From IMG/VR virus record IMGVR_UViG_3300047382_000480, positions 74,661 to 138,660 of that record: a stretch of DNA of 64,000 nt. One strand, written 5' to 3'. This document shows positions 29,966 through 38,762 of this stretch, piece by piece; the first letter of the stretch is position 1, and each line of letters opens with the position of its first letter. The position numbers and the translations under genes were made by a program. A model generated the notes under the pieces. That model was given only the letters and a program-made list of their open reading frames with translations. It made no database searches and was not told the origin of the DNA. The stretch is from a virus.

Positions 29966-31378
29966 CTAGTTTAACGTGATCAATGTAGCATTGACGTCGA
30001 ACAATGTTCCTGTATTATATGTCGCAGATGCTGCAGAGTTTAACTGCGCCCCGACAGTAGTCATCGTCAAAATTCCACCTGTGTCAATATTAGTATTCAA
30101 TACAGAAGCAATATTGGTCTGACCAGCCGATGTACTTATCGAAGAAGTTGAACCTGCTGCAAGGTCAATATTACCCAAAGTTGTAACTGCAAACCCTTGT
30201 TGATTTGGTATAACACCGACAGTAAATTGAGTTTTACCCTTAGTTGTAACCGCATATTTGTTTCCAATATGTTCTGTCTTGTTACTTGCAACAGTGGTTG
30301 CTTGTGTACCCTTAACTAAAAGGATATCGGAACCAGATGGAACTGCCCCTATAAACGGAATTGTTATCGGTGGAGATGAGGTTGCACAATTAACAACTGT
30401 ATATCTACTACCGCTTATGTTTATTTTCTGGTCAGAAAGAACATCAAGCATATCATTACCAACAACCTTTGAATATCTACCCTTTCTAACAGTAGAATAT
30501 ATGTTGCCTGCATAGTCTTCGATAACATCGCCCTTGTCAACTTTAATGTTAACATCTCCACGTGTAACATTAATGTTTAAATTACCTTCAACGTGCAATG
30601 TTTTATTACCATAAACAATCTCAAAATCATCACCAACTATTTTTTGAACACGAGATCCATCTGGCTGAAACTCAACGAATGAACCAGATTTATGGTAAGT
30701 GTGTATTCTTTCTGATCCAGGAGTATCGTCAAACTCTTGGACGTGACCAGATTCGTATTCATGAACATTATTATAAGGATATTGAGTTTTTGATTCTTCA
30801 GATCCTTGTGCGTGTGGTTCGCTCCAAGTAGCTGGATTTACCTCAGGAAAAGCACCGCTCTCCCCATCTATGTTACTTGGTTGAGCAAAGGGTTGGTCTT
30901 TTACACGCATCGCTCTTTTTGCTGCAAGGGAAACGTGTTTCTCCGCAGTTTTACCACCGCGAGCCAGCCTAGATAAAGAAGATTCTCCAACCTGATTTCT
31001 GCCCTTATCTTGGGGTCTTAGTGCATTTAATGGGTATGTTGCAGAAGGATCTTGGAATCCAGTTTGACCATTCCCCTTCACACTATCGACTCCACCAATA
31101 GACCCCATTATTATAGGGAGTTGAGTCTCATTACTGTCAGTGAAAAATCCAACGACTGTAGAACCATTTAAAAGACCAATATTTGTATTACCAATACCTG
31201 ACATTGCAGCCGATGAAGTCGGTTGAACAGTCATAGCCCACGGAAGATCTTCTGTCGGAAGTACTGATTTATCATCTGTGTGATAACCAAGAATGCGGAC
31301 TTTATACCGCCCAATCTTTTCGGGGTCGTTAACATCTTCAACAGTCCCCAACCACCATGTAAAATCACCATAAATCAT
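29966..31378 (-). CDS. gp5: Baseplate hub/spike gp5 (OB-fold plus beta-helix; no lysozyme domain evident)
   Basis: WWLGTVEDVNDPEKIGRYKVRILGYH, LPWA, YPYNNV.EYESGH..EFDDTPG.ERIH.YHKSG. Confidence 0.92.
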   Translation of the reverse strand: MIYGDFTWWLGTVEDVNDPEKIGRYKVRILGYHTDDKSVLPTEDLPWAMTVQPTSSAAMSGIGNTNIGLLNGSTVVGFFTDSNETQLPIIMGSIGGVDSVKGNGQTGFQDPSATYPLNALRPQDKGRNQVGESSLSRLARGGKTAEKHVSLAAKRAMRVKDQPFAQPSNIDGESGAFPEVNPATWSEPHAQGSEESKTQYPYNNVHEYESGHVQEFDDTPGSERIHTYHKSGSFVEFQPDGSRVQKIVGDDFEIVYGNKTLHVEGNLNINVTRGDVNIKVDKGDVIEDYAGNIYSTVRKGRYSKVVGNDMLDVLSDQKINISGSRYTVVNCATSSPPITIPFIGAVPSGSDILLVKGTQATTVASNKTEHIGNKYAVTTKGKTQFTVGVIPNQQGFAVTTLGNIDLAAGSTSSISTSAGQTNIASVLNTNIDTGGILTMTTVGAQLNSAASATYNTGTLFDVNATLITLN

Positions 31379-32745
31379 TAAAAGTCTCCCAAACTATCTT
31401 TCATTATACTGAGCGTCATACTATGCTGCCCATTAGAAATGTCATGACGAACACCAGTTATCAGATAGATACCAGAGATATATGGATCCTCTAATTCTTC
31501 GCGATCAACCCTTGTATCTCCCTTCTCAACAGTCCTCGGATATACCAATCTAACTAGCATCCCTGTTTCCACGTCTGTTTTCCCTGGAACTGTAATTTCT
31601 AATGTTTGGTTTTGCAATTCAGCATCACCATATCTTCTGACAAGGGTGTTTCGTATTTGTTCAACCCCTCTATGAAAACTACTCCCGAATGGAGATGTCG
31701 CCATTGGAGAAAATGTTCTATTGGCTAATGGATTACCAAGCATGTTTTGCGGAGTTGGGTTTATTTTTGATATTGTTTCAAAACTGTCAAAGTTTTCCCC
31801 CAAATATCTTCTATCATCTTTGGCAATATCTTTAGATTCTGGTCTTGAATCAAATTTCATCATCGCCATACGTTTTGTTGTCAAATCGTATGAAAAAATA
31901 GAACTAGCAGTATAGCCATCGTTTTGCGCTTTAATCTGATCTTTAAATGTGGGGAAATATATACTTTCCACTTGATTAAAACGACTAGATATAAACGGAG
32001 AGATATAATTGTAAGAAGCAGAACGATTGTCTTGAGTTATTTCTTGTGTCTGATTTTGTTGAACATTATACTCGTCATAAACTATTCTTTTTTCTTTTTG
32101 CTGTTTTATTAAAATTTCAGGGGAAGCAAAATAAAACCCAGCTTTCGTTTCATAAAATTTAAAATTGGACTTCGATGTCTCAGAACCAATAGACTTAGAT
32201 GCTATATGATTAAGACACTTAAATGGAGACCAATAATTAGCTACAAATTCATAATTTTGAGAAAGATGAGGAGTACCTAAAATATTTACCTGAGTCTCAC
32301 CAATAGGAGAAGAAGATTTAACTTGGTCGAAGATCTTTTCAACTAATTCATCAGTAGAACCTTTATATTTTGAATTTAATCTAACAAATGAATCTGAATA
32401 TAATTCAGGCGTCACACAATGTAGTGTATAAAATTGTTCTCGGTCGTTATTTAATGTTCTGTGTTTAATAGAATGAACGATGAATGCTATGTTAATCGAG
32501 GAATCAAACGTGGGTGTTCTAAATTTAACTACAATCGATTCTTGTCCCAAAAATGGTGCAGCTGTAATCAAACCATTACTATCAATGATGGTTATTTCTG
32601 CTGACATACCATTGAGTTCCATATTCTCATATAAAACTGCTTCTGCCATAAAATTTTTGAGACTGAAAGAAGTTCCATCATTTGTGACAATATAGGCATC
32701 TTCTATCAGGACAGCTCCAGGCTGTCTTAATGTTTCTTTACTCAT
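31378..32745 (-). CDS. Baseplate hub protein (gp27-like)
   Basis: Position between gp53 and gp5; FYETKAGFYF, ITVPG, SGIYLITGVRH, KDS. Confidence 0.7.
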   Translation of the reverse strand: MSKETLRQPGAVLIEDAYIVTNDGTSFSLKNFMAEAVLYENMELNGMSAEITIIDSNGLITAAPFLGQESIVVKFRTPTFDSSINIAFIVHSIKHRTLNNDREQFYTLHCVTPELYSDSFVRLNSKYKGSTDELVEKIFDQVKSSSPIGETQVNILGTPHLSQNYEFVANYWSPFKCLNHIASKSIGSETSKSNFKFYETKAGFYFASPEILIKQQKEKRIVYDEYNVQQNQTQEITQDNRSASYNYISPFISSRFNQVESIYFPTFKDQIKAQNDGYTASSIFSYDLTTKRMAMMKFDSRPESKDIAKDDRRYLGENFDSFETISKINPTPQNMLGNPLANRTFSPMATSPFGSSFHRGVEQIRNTLVRRYGDAELQNQTLEITVPGKTDVETGMLVRLVYPRTVEKGDTRVDREELEDPYISGIYLITGVRHDISNGQHSMTLSIMKDSLGDF

Positions 32746-33241
32746 TTGCTAACCGATTAAATTCTGTCAAAAAATCTTGAATATATCTTGGGTTTATAAC
32801 AGAGATATTTTGTCTTGCATCATTTTCTAATTGCTCGTGTTCAAGGTGAGAAATTTCTTTTATTTCTCCCGAAGCAAGTTTCTGTGCATCGTACTGAACA
32901 CAAACAAGAGGGTTATCTGCTACTATATAATGGTGTGTATTCCCAGAGTTTCCTACGCCATACTTATCTTCTACAAGGCTTCTTATTTGTTCTGGTGTGA
33001 AATACCATTCGTTGTATGGATCTATAATATTGTTCACGAGAAGAACAACCCAATATAATTTTGGGTCGTCATATAAAATATCTGCAACATCTTCTGGTTT
33101 TTGACCTGCTTCGATAGTATACTTTGTGAGAAGAAGTTCGTTGATCGCTATATCAGAAAGTGCAACCCTTCTAAAGATGTCCGTGGCAACAATTAATCTG
33201 CTATCGAGGGCATAACCAAATTGTGGGAAATTCTTAAACAT
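32738..33241 (-). CDS. gp53: Baseplate wedge subunit gp53
   Basis: FKNFP, PEDVADILYDD..LYWVVLLVNNIIDP..EW, HHY. Confidence 0.9.
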   Translation of the reverse strand: MFKNFPQFGYALDSRLIVATDIFRRVALSDIAINELLLTKYTIEAGQKPEDVADILYDDPKLYWVVLLVNNIIDPYNEWYFTPEQIRSLVEDKYGVGNSGNTHHYIVADNPLVCVQYDAQKLASGEIKEISHLEHEQLENDARQNISVINPRYIQDFLTEFNRLANE

Positions 33242-34371
33242 TAAAACCCTTCCTCAACTTTATTTCTGGTAAGGAGCTCAGTTTCTTTGAACGCCATAGC
33301 CATTGTTATTTCTGATGGTGCACCACGTGCGTCTTTAAATGTAGTAAATGTACCACCATTACCATAGTCGATTGACAAATCCGTTAGAAAACAAGGTGCT
33401 ATTTTATTAAGGTATCTATTTTCTCTATTTTTATACACATACTCTATTTGAAATTCTGAGGGGAAAGTAAAAAATAATCCTGTCTCGTCTTTTTCTGGGT
33501 GCATATGTGATTTAAATAATTTGATAATATCCATTACATCTCTCAGTTCTTTCTCATTCCTTGGAGCGAACTTATATTCAAAAGCAAAACTTCTGAAACC
33601 CATAGTTTGAAAAATCTGTTCTTTATAGGGATTGCGAATTGTTCTTGTAGAAGACCTTATAGCACCGCTCACGTTCAGGTCGCCAAGACCCAACTCTCTT
33701 GGTATATTACCAGCACTAGAAATAGTTCTTGCAAGAACACTACCTAATGGAGAACCTGCTGCAGCTTCCAATGCTTTACCAAACTCACCCTTTCCAATTA
33801 AATCCTTTACTGCATTAAATGTTTGGGTTAGTTGAGTGTCACCTGCCATACCCCCGCCCATAATCGTTCCAAGATCTTCAATATTGAATTCAGCACCATA
33901 TTTGGCTTGAGGTGAATTTGGGATGTAAAGAGATATCGAAGAATCTATTTTCTTGGTAATCCTTGACTGCATCGCTCCAGCTTTCTTAATTAATTCGCTT
34001 GCTCCTAATGATGCAGCACCCGCGACACCAGCTTTTTTCACAGCACCGCCACTAGTTGCAGCTGAAAGACCTATACCAAAAGTTGCTGCAGCAGTAGTCC
34101 TGAGAAATGATTGCCTTCCTTCTTCTATTGATAGTTCCTTTGCAGCAGATCTGTCGCCTGCGTTAGCCAACCCCTTTAAATCGGAAACCCTTTCGTTTTT
34201 CTCTGTTAGGCTTTCAGTTTTGAAAATATAAAAATTTATAGCATGGGGTTGCTCATCAGAGCCGATATTTGAAGGATAGCGATATATCTTATTTTTTCGC
34301 CTTTTCCTTTTTTTCTCAACAACTGTGTCAGTAGTCAGCGGAGTATTTTTGGTGTCTGCTTCTGTAGCCAT
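33241..34371 (-). CDS. gp48: Baseplate tail-tube cap gp48
   Basis: ISLYIP, NPYKEQIFQ.MGFRSFAFEYKFAPRN..E, CFLTDLSIDY, FKETELLTR. Confidence 0.88.
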   Translation of the reverse strand: MATEADTKNTPLTTDTVVEKKRKRRKNKIYRYPSNIGSDEQPHAINFYIFKTESLTEKNERVSDLKGLANAGDRSAAKELSIEEGRQSFLRTTAAATFGIGLSAATSGGAVKKAGVAGAASLGASELIKKAGAMQSRITKKIDSSISLYIPNSPQAKYGAEFNIEDLGTIMGGGMAGDTQLTQTFNAVKDLIGKGEFGKALEAAAGSPLGSVLARTISSAGNIPRELGLGDLNVSGAIRSSTRTIRNPYKEQIFQTMGFRSFAFEYKFAPRNEKELRDVMDIIKLFKSHMHPEKDETGLFFTFPSEFQIEYVYKNRENRYLNKIAPCFLTDLSIDYGNGGTFTTFKDARGAPSEITMAMAFKETELLTRNKVEEGF

Positions 34372-34381
34372 TAGACTTCTC

Positions 34382-34413
34382 TATAAATAGGGTTATTATT
34401 CTTCTTATTTATA
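34382..34413. promoter_or_regulatory. Pair of late promoters: TATAAATA at 34382-34389 (+) and 34406-34413 (-)
   Basis: Two exact consensus boxes in the 42-bp gp48/gp4 divergent intergenic region. Confidence 0.8.
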
Positions 34414-34857
34414 ATGCCATATTCAAAAAATGTTTACAAGGGTCGTTTTAAACCCACTAATCCAAAAAAATATTGTGGAGATGTCTCCAATATTATTTAT
34501 CGCTCATCATATGAGCTAAAATTTATGAAATGGTGCGACCTCAACGAAAATATAATAGAGTGGGGTTCCGAAGAATTGTCTATACCATACAAATCACCAG
34601 TTGATAATAGAATACACAGATATTTCCCAGACTTCTATCTAAAATTAAATAACAAAAAATATCTGATAGAAATAAAACCTTCAAGGTTCACCCAAGAACC
34701 GAAAGTACCCAAAAGAAAAACAAAAAGATTTATTGAAGAAGTCAAACAATATGGAAATAACATAGCCAAATGGGAAAGTGCAACTGAGTTCTGTCTAGAT
34801 AATGGTTGGGAATTTAAAATTATTACTGAAAAAGAATTAGGCATCTCTTATAAATAA
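34414..34857 (+). CDS. gp4: Head completion nuclease gp4
   Basis: YKGRFKPTNPKKY.GD..NIIYRSSYE, HRYFPDF, IEIKP, KWESA. Confidence 0.95.
   Translation: MPYSKNVYKGRFKPTNPKKYCGDVSNIIYRSSYELKFMKWCDLNENIIEWGSEELSIPYKSPVDNRIHRYFPDFYLKLNNKKYLIEIKPSRFTQEPKVPKRKTKRFIEEVKQYGNNIAKWESATEFCLDNGWEFKIITEKELGISYK
34849..34856 (+). promoter_or_regulatory. T4-type late promoter TATAAATA
   Basis: Exact consensus at the end of gp4, upstream of gp2. Confidence 0.65.
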
Positions 34858-34861
34858 GGAT

Positions 34862-35428
34862 ATGGCTAATCCTTTAGAAAAAATACGAGCAAACTCTAAC
34901 GACCAGCAAAAATCTATGGACTGGTATCAGAGACAAGTGCGTCAATTGGCATCAAACGTCAATTCACCGCAAGCATATGTTCGTTCAAAAATGTTTGAAG
35001 TGAAATCAGATATAGAGATCGGAAGTATGTACCTCTATAGATATGACCCGAAGCATAAAGAAACACTTCCATATTATGACACCTTCCCATTGGTTCTACC
35101 ATTTGAACCTGCAAAGGGAGGGTTTTATGGATTAAATCTGCATTACTTACCATATATGATGAGAGCAAAACTTCTTGGTCAATTGCTAGAAACAGCGAAC
35201 GATAAAACGATTGGTCCAGAAACTAAAATGAGATATAACTGGCAGATTTTAAAAAGCATTGGTAATGAAATAAAACCTTGTGTGAAAAGGTATTTGACAA
35301 ATCACGTTGTAACATCTTTCTATAAAGTTAATCCAGAAGATTGGAAATCAACTATCTTTCTTCCGATTGACAATTTTGTTGGTGCAACAAAGAATAAAGT
35401 ATTTACAGATTCAAGGGCAATGCTATAA
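34862..35428 (+). CDS. gp2: DNA end protector gp2
   Basis: YDPKHKETLPYYDTFPLV, GLNLHYLP, CVKRYL. Confidence 0.95.
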   Translation: MANPLEKIRANSNDQQKSMDWYQRQVRQLASNVNSPQAYVRSKMFEVKSDIEIGSMYLYRYDPKHKETLPYYDTFPLVLPFEPAKGGFYGLNLHYLPYMMRAKLLGQLLETANDKTIGPETKMRYNWQILKSIGNEIKPCVKRYLTNHVVTSFYKVNPEDWKSTIFLPIDNFVGATKNKVFTDSRAML

Positions 35429-36057
35429 TGGCTAATTTTCAATTAAATGACTTTTTAGCAAAGATACGTTCAGAAGATCTTGCAAGATCTAGTAGATTTG
35501 AGATAGTCATAACAACTCCTGGAAAATCCAGCAACGCAAGAAGTGTTTCTCTCCTATGCGAAGAAGCAGCAATTCCTGGATTAATATCAACCTTTGTACC
35601 AACAAAGATTGGTAACTGGACTGAATATCGTGTTCATGGCGTTGAATTCTTCGGGGATAATGCAACATTCGGGTTCTATGTTGATACGCAGTGGGGTGTG
35701 AGAGAGTTTTTTGAAGATTGGATTGCCACAACTCAAGTTGATACTATATCAAAAGAAGTTGGGTTTTATGAAGACTACACTGCTGACATCGAGATATATA
35801 CGCTGGATAGAGCTGACAACAGAACAGGGAAATGGTGTCTTCGGGATGCGTTCCCGAGGCTGGTAAACTTAACGCCAGTTTCTCAAGCTGCAGATTCACC
35901 AGCAAGAGTAAGTGTCACATTCGCTTACAAATATTGGACGTCAGATACAATTGAAGAAGGATTCCGCGAAGGCGGTGGACCACTCGGAAACATCAAACGA
36001 TTGGTCAATATGTTTAAAAACGATGGTAAGGGGTTCAAAGACCTTTTTGACTTTTAA
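35428..36057 (+). CDS. gp54: Tail tube initiator, gp54/gp19-like
   Basis: LARSSRFEI, LLCEEAAIPG, FFEDW, L.DAFP, VTFAYKYW; synteny between gp2 and gp26. Confidence 0.75.
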   Translation: MANFQLNDFLAKIRSEDLARSSRFEIVITTPGKSSNARSVSLLCEEAAIPGLISTFVPTKIGNWTEYRVHGVEFFGDNATFGFYVDTQWGVREFFEDWIATTQVDTISKEVGFYEDYTADIEIYTLDRADNRTGKWCLRDAFPRLVNLTPVSQAADSPARVSVTFAYKYWTSDTIEEGFREGGGPLGNIKRLVNMFKNDGKGFKDLFDF

Positions 36058-36067
36058 GGAGTAAATA

Positions 36068-36766
36068 ATGGCACTACCGCAAATTGATGTGCAAACATTT
36101 AATATTAATATATCATCATTGGGAAAGAAATTTAAGTTTAGACCTTTCCTAGTAAAAGAAGAAAAATTGTTGGTTATGGCAGGGGAGTCTGAGGACAAAT
36201 CTGATATGATAAATGCCGTGCAACAGATAATAACGAACTGTTCCATGGGAAAGGTAAACGGAGAAACCTTACCGATATTTGACCTCCAAAAAGTATTCTT
36301 AGAAATACGAGGGATGTCTGTATCAAACATCATAAACTTGGTTGCAAATTGCGGTGAGTGCGGTATAGAAAACGATGTTGTGTTTGACTTAGAAAAAGTC
36401 AAGATTACAAAAAACAAAGGACACACTAATAAAATAAAACTCACCGAAACAATGATTCTGGAAATGGATTACCCAGACGTTCACGAAATCAGTAAACTGA
36501 TGAGTGGTGAGACAGAAGAAATATATGAAGTAACAGCAAATTGTATTAAAACGATCTATAACGACGAAGAAATAATTCAATTCCAAGAAAGTCCATTGGA
36601 AGAAAGAATTAATTTTATAGAAGGATTTTCGGTTAAACAATTTGCTCTTATAAGACAATTTTACGAAAGTATGCCACAAATTTTACATGCGATTGATTTC
36701 AAATGTAAGGCATGCAAAAAGGACAATACGCTTGTTATTGATGGCTACGAAAATTTTTTCGTCTAA
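36068..36766 (+). CDS. gp26: Baseplate hub assembly protein gp26
   Basis: MALPQI, FRPFLVKEEKLLVMA, CxxC pairs, MDYP, ends G.ENFF. Confidence 0.9.
   Translation: MALPQIDVQTFNINISSLGKKFKFRPFLVKEEKLLVMAGESEDKSDMINAVQQIITNCSMGKVNGETLPIFDLQKVFLEIRGMSVSNIINLVANCGECGIENDVVFDLEKVKITKNKGHTNKIKLTETMILEMDYPDVHEISKLMSGETEEIYEVTANCIKTIYNDEEIIQFQESPLEERINFIEGFSVKQFALIRQFYESMPQILHAIDFKCKACKKDNTLVIDGYENFFV
36754..36760 (+). other. Candidate -1 slippery heptamer T TTT TTC
   Basis: X XXY YYZ pattern in gp26 codons AAT TTT TTC; the -1 frame is the gp51 frame. Confidence 0.6.
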
Positions 36767-36936
36767 GCCTCTCTCACGAAACCTTGCAGAATTTGTTTAA
36801 AACAAATTTTTTATTAATGCAAGAACACCATTACTCTCTCACGGAAATAGAGGCAATGGTTCCTTGGGAGAGGGAAGTCTACGTTGCTATGTTAGTTGAA
36901 CATCTAAAGAAAAAGGCTGAGGCTGCAAAGAGATAA
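36760..36936 (+). CDS. gp51: Baseplate hub assembly catalyst gp51 (not in ORF track; possibly a frameshift extension of gp26)
   Basis: RLSLSHETLQNLFKTNFLLMQEHHYSLTEIEAMVPWEREVYVAMLVEHLKKKAEAAKR*; NF.LMQ.H.YSL.EIE.M.PWER..Y is the gp51 signature. Confidence 0.85.
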   Translation, partial: RLSLSHETLQNLFKTNFLLMQEHHYSLTEIEAMVPWEREVYVAMLVEHLKKKAEAAKR

Positions 36937-36942
36937 AGAACT

Positions 36943-38373
36943 ATGGCAGAAGAAATTAGACCAAACCTGAACAAATCCCGTGGGGATGTCGTTATCGGTT
37001 TTCCAGACCTTCTGAAAGGTAACGCTGGAAACTCCGCTACATCTGATCCAATCACAATGAAAAGGGCTGAAGAAGGTCAGTCTTTTGGCGGTTCTGGAAG
37101 TGGCGGTGGCGGTGGCATGTCTAATAACGTCACACCAATACTTGGTGATCTTCAAGCTGCATCCGAACTCTCTATGGAAGAGTTGGCAAAACAAACAGAT
37201 ATCTTAGAAGGAATAGAAAAAAACACTTCTGAAACAACCACTGCTGGCGGTCAAGAAAAGAAATCTTCCGAAGAAGATATAAGAGCAAAACTAGATGAAT
37301 CAAAACCCCTTGACCAAGAACAAGGGAACAAGATAATCGATAAGCTGGCTGAGCTCAATAGCAATAGTAAAGCAACAGCATCTCTGTTGTCAGTTGCTGC
37401 GGCATTTGCAGGAACTCAAGCCGACGAAATCACAGACGCAATTGACAATATGACCACCACACAGAAGGCTGTTGCTGCAGCATTAACTGTTGGTGTTGCA
37501 GGAACTAGTATCGCTGCAAGTAAACTTGTGACCGCTCCATTGAAAAAAATTGTTAGTCCTGACAAAAAGGAAAAACCAAAGCCCAATTCCTCGAAGTCAA
37601 AAAAACCAAAAACTGCTAAACCCAAACCCCCACCATCTCCCGCTAAACCCAAATCAGGAGTCGTTAAACAGGCAGCAAAGACAGGCGGTAAATTGATTGC
37701 TAAGCAGGGAGCAAAGGTGGCAACAATTGCTGCATCTGGTCCAGCAGCACCTATCGTCGCGAGTGTCATGGCTGCAGCAACAGTTTATGAGCTTGGTACA
37801 ATGGCTCTGGAAAAGGCAGGTTATGGGGAAGAAGTCGAAGCATTTGAAACAGGTGCAATGAATCTTGCTGGGATTGAAACAGATGAACAAGAAATTGAAA
37901 AAGATGCAGCCAAAGTTGCATTGAATGAGAAGAAAATGCAGGCTTTGGTCAAGAAAATTGATTCGTCAGACCTCACCGACCAACAAAAAACATTTCAAAA
38001 GGCAGAGTTACAGAAGGCATTGAATAACAGCGGTGACGTAGATACATTCGGAGACAGAAAAGCAAGGATTGCAGATAGAACATTTAAGAGATATGAGAAA
38101 ATGTATGGTGAAGTAGAGATAGAATCACCAATGACACCTCCTCCTCAAAGCTCAAACTCGATTGAATCAGAAACATCACAAGCTAGAGAAGCAGAGTTGT
38201 TGGCGATGATTCCTGATATTCAAATCCCACCGCAAATACCACCAACAGTTAATGTACCAAACCAACCTGCTCCAAATGTTAGTGTGAGCGCAGTTCTTCC
38301 AAGAACAAACTTGCCATCCGAATTGTCTTCATTCGGGAACCAAGCTAGGATTCCTAAACTAGTTGTTTCATAA
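36943..38373 (+). CDS. Putative tape measure / baseplate hub (gp29-like)
   Basis: Position after gp26-gp51; Ala/Gly-rich helical and low-complexity; Pro-rich C-terminus. Confidence 0.6.
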   Translation: MAEEIRPNLNKSRGDVVIGFPDLLKGNAGNSATSDPITMKRAEEGQSFGGSGSGGGGGMSNNVTPILGDLQAASELSMEELAKQTDILEGIEKNTSETTTAGGQEKKSSEEDIRAKLDESKPLDQEQGNKIIDKLAELNSNSKATASLLSVAAAFAGTQADEITDAIDNMTTTQKAVAAALTVGVAGTSIAASKLVTAPLKKIVSPDKKEKPKPNSSKSKKPKTAKPKPPPSPAKPKSGVVKQAAKTGGKLIAKQGAKVATIAASGPAAPIVASVMAAATVYELGTMALEKAGYGEEVEAFETGAMNLAGIETDEQEIEKDAAKVALNEKKMQALVKKIDSSDLTDQQKTFQKAELQKALNNSGDVDTFGDRKARIADRTFKRYEKMYGEVEIESPMTPPPQSSNSIESETSQAREAELLAMIPDIQIPPQIPPTVNVPNQPAPNVSVSAVLPRTNLPSELSSFGNQARIPKLVVS

Positions 38374-38396
38374 AAAAGGGGAGCATTGCGCTCCCC
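38372..38396 (-). terminator. Rho-independent terminator
   Basis: Minus strand GGGGAGC-GCAAT-GCTCCCC followed by T6. Confidence 0.85.
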
Positions 38397-38403
38397 AGTA
38401 CCA

Positions 38404-38565
38404 CTAAGAACTAAACTCTACGCCACGATAAGTGTGTAAACTTTCTTTCTTTTCTTGCTTCGGCAATTTTTCGTAAAAGGCTCCTCTATAAGTTTTTCTA
38501 GAGTTCTTTTTTACTTTTGCAGATTTTACTAATTGGCTTGCGCCACGATACATAAACGTGTTCAT
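38404..38565 (-). CDS. 53-aa basic peptide with three YRG motifs (DUF4278-like)
   Basis: MNTFMYRGASQLVKSAKVKKNSRKTYRGAFYEKLPKQEKKESLHTYRGVEFSS*; SD AGGGAGA; terminator directly downstream. Below the ORF-track cutoff. Confidence 0.8.
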   Translation of the reverse strand: MNTFMYRGASQLVKSAKVKKNSRKTYRGAFYEKLPKQEKKESLHTYRGVEFSS

Positions 38566-38568
38566 AAC

Positions 38569-38640
38569 ACTTCTCCCTATACAAGGATTGAAGTAGTCTT
38601 TTAACGCATGAACAAATGCGAGTCGATAAAGATGACTAAT
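38569..38640 (-). ncRNA. Candidate structured cis-regulatory leader (riboswitch-like)
   Basis: TAGTC/GACTA closing stem, CGCAT/ATGCG hairpin, alternative AGTC/GACT pairing, and an SD-sequestering hairpin. Pairings found by eye. Confidence 0.45.
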
Positions 38641-38657
38641 CTATTCTATTTAGTAAT

Positions 38658-38682
38658 AAAAAAGGGACTCCGAAGAGTCCCT
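38658..38682 (-). terminator. Rho-independent terminator with cUUCGg tetraloop after gp32
   Basis: Minus strand AGGGACTC-TTCG-GAGTCCCT followed by a T-tract. Confidence 0.92.
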
Positions 38683-38762
38683 ATAAACTTGCAACGAGTA
38701 CTCTTGTTAAATTTTGTCGTTGAGTTTTACCAAGTTTCTAGCCAAGAGGAGCTAGATTCCTG

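Noticed and set aside
13802-34231. Numerous short opposite-strand or alternate-frame ORFs inside structural genes
   Set aside because: Fully nested in well-supported genes and explained by codon bias.
38400-38760. tRNA or hammerhead ribozyme in the gp29-gp32 gap
   Set aside because: No cloverleaf or T-loop motif and no CUGAUGA core; the gap is explained by the YRG peptide, terminators and the candidate structures reported.
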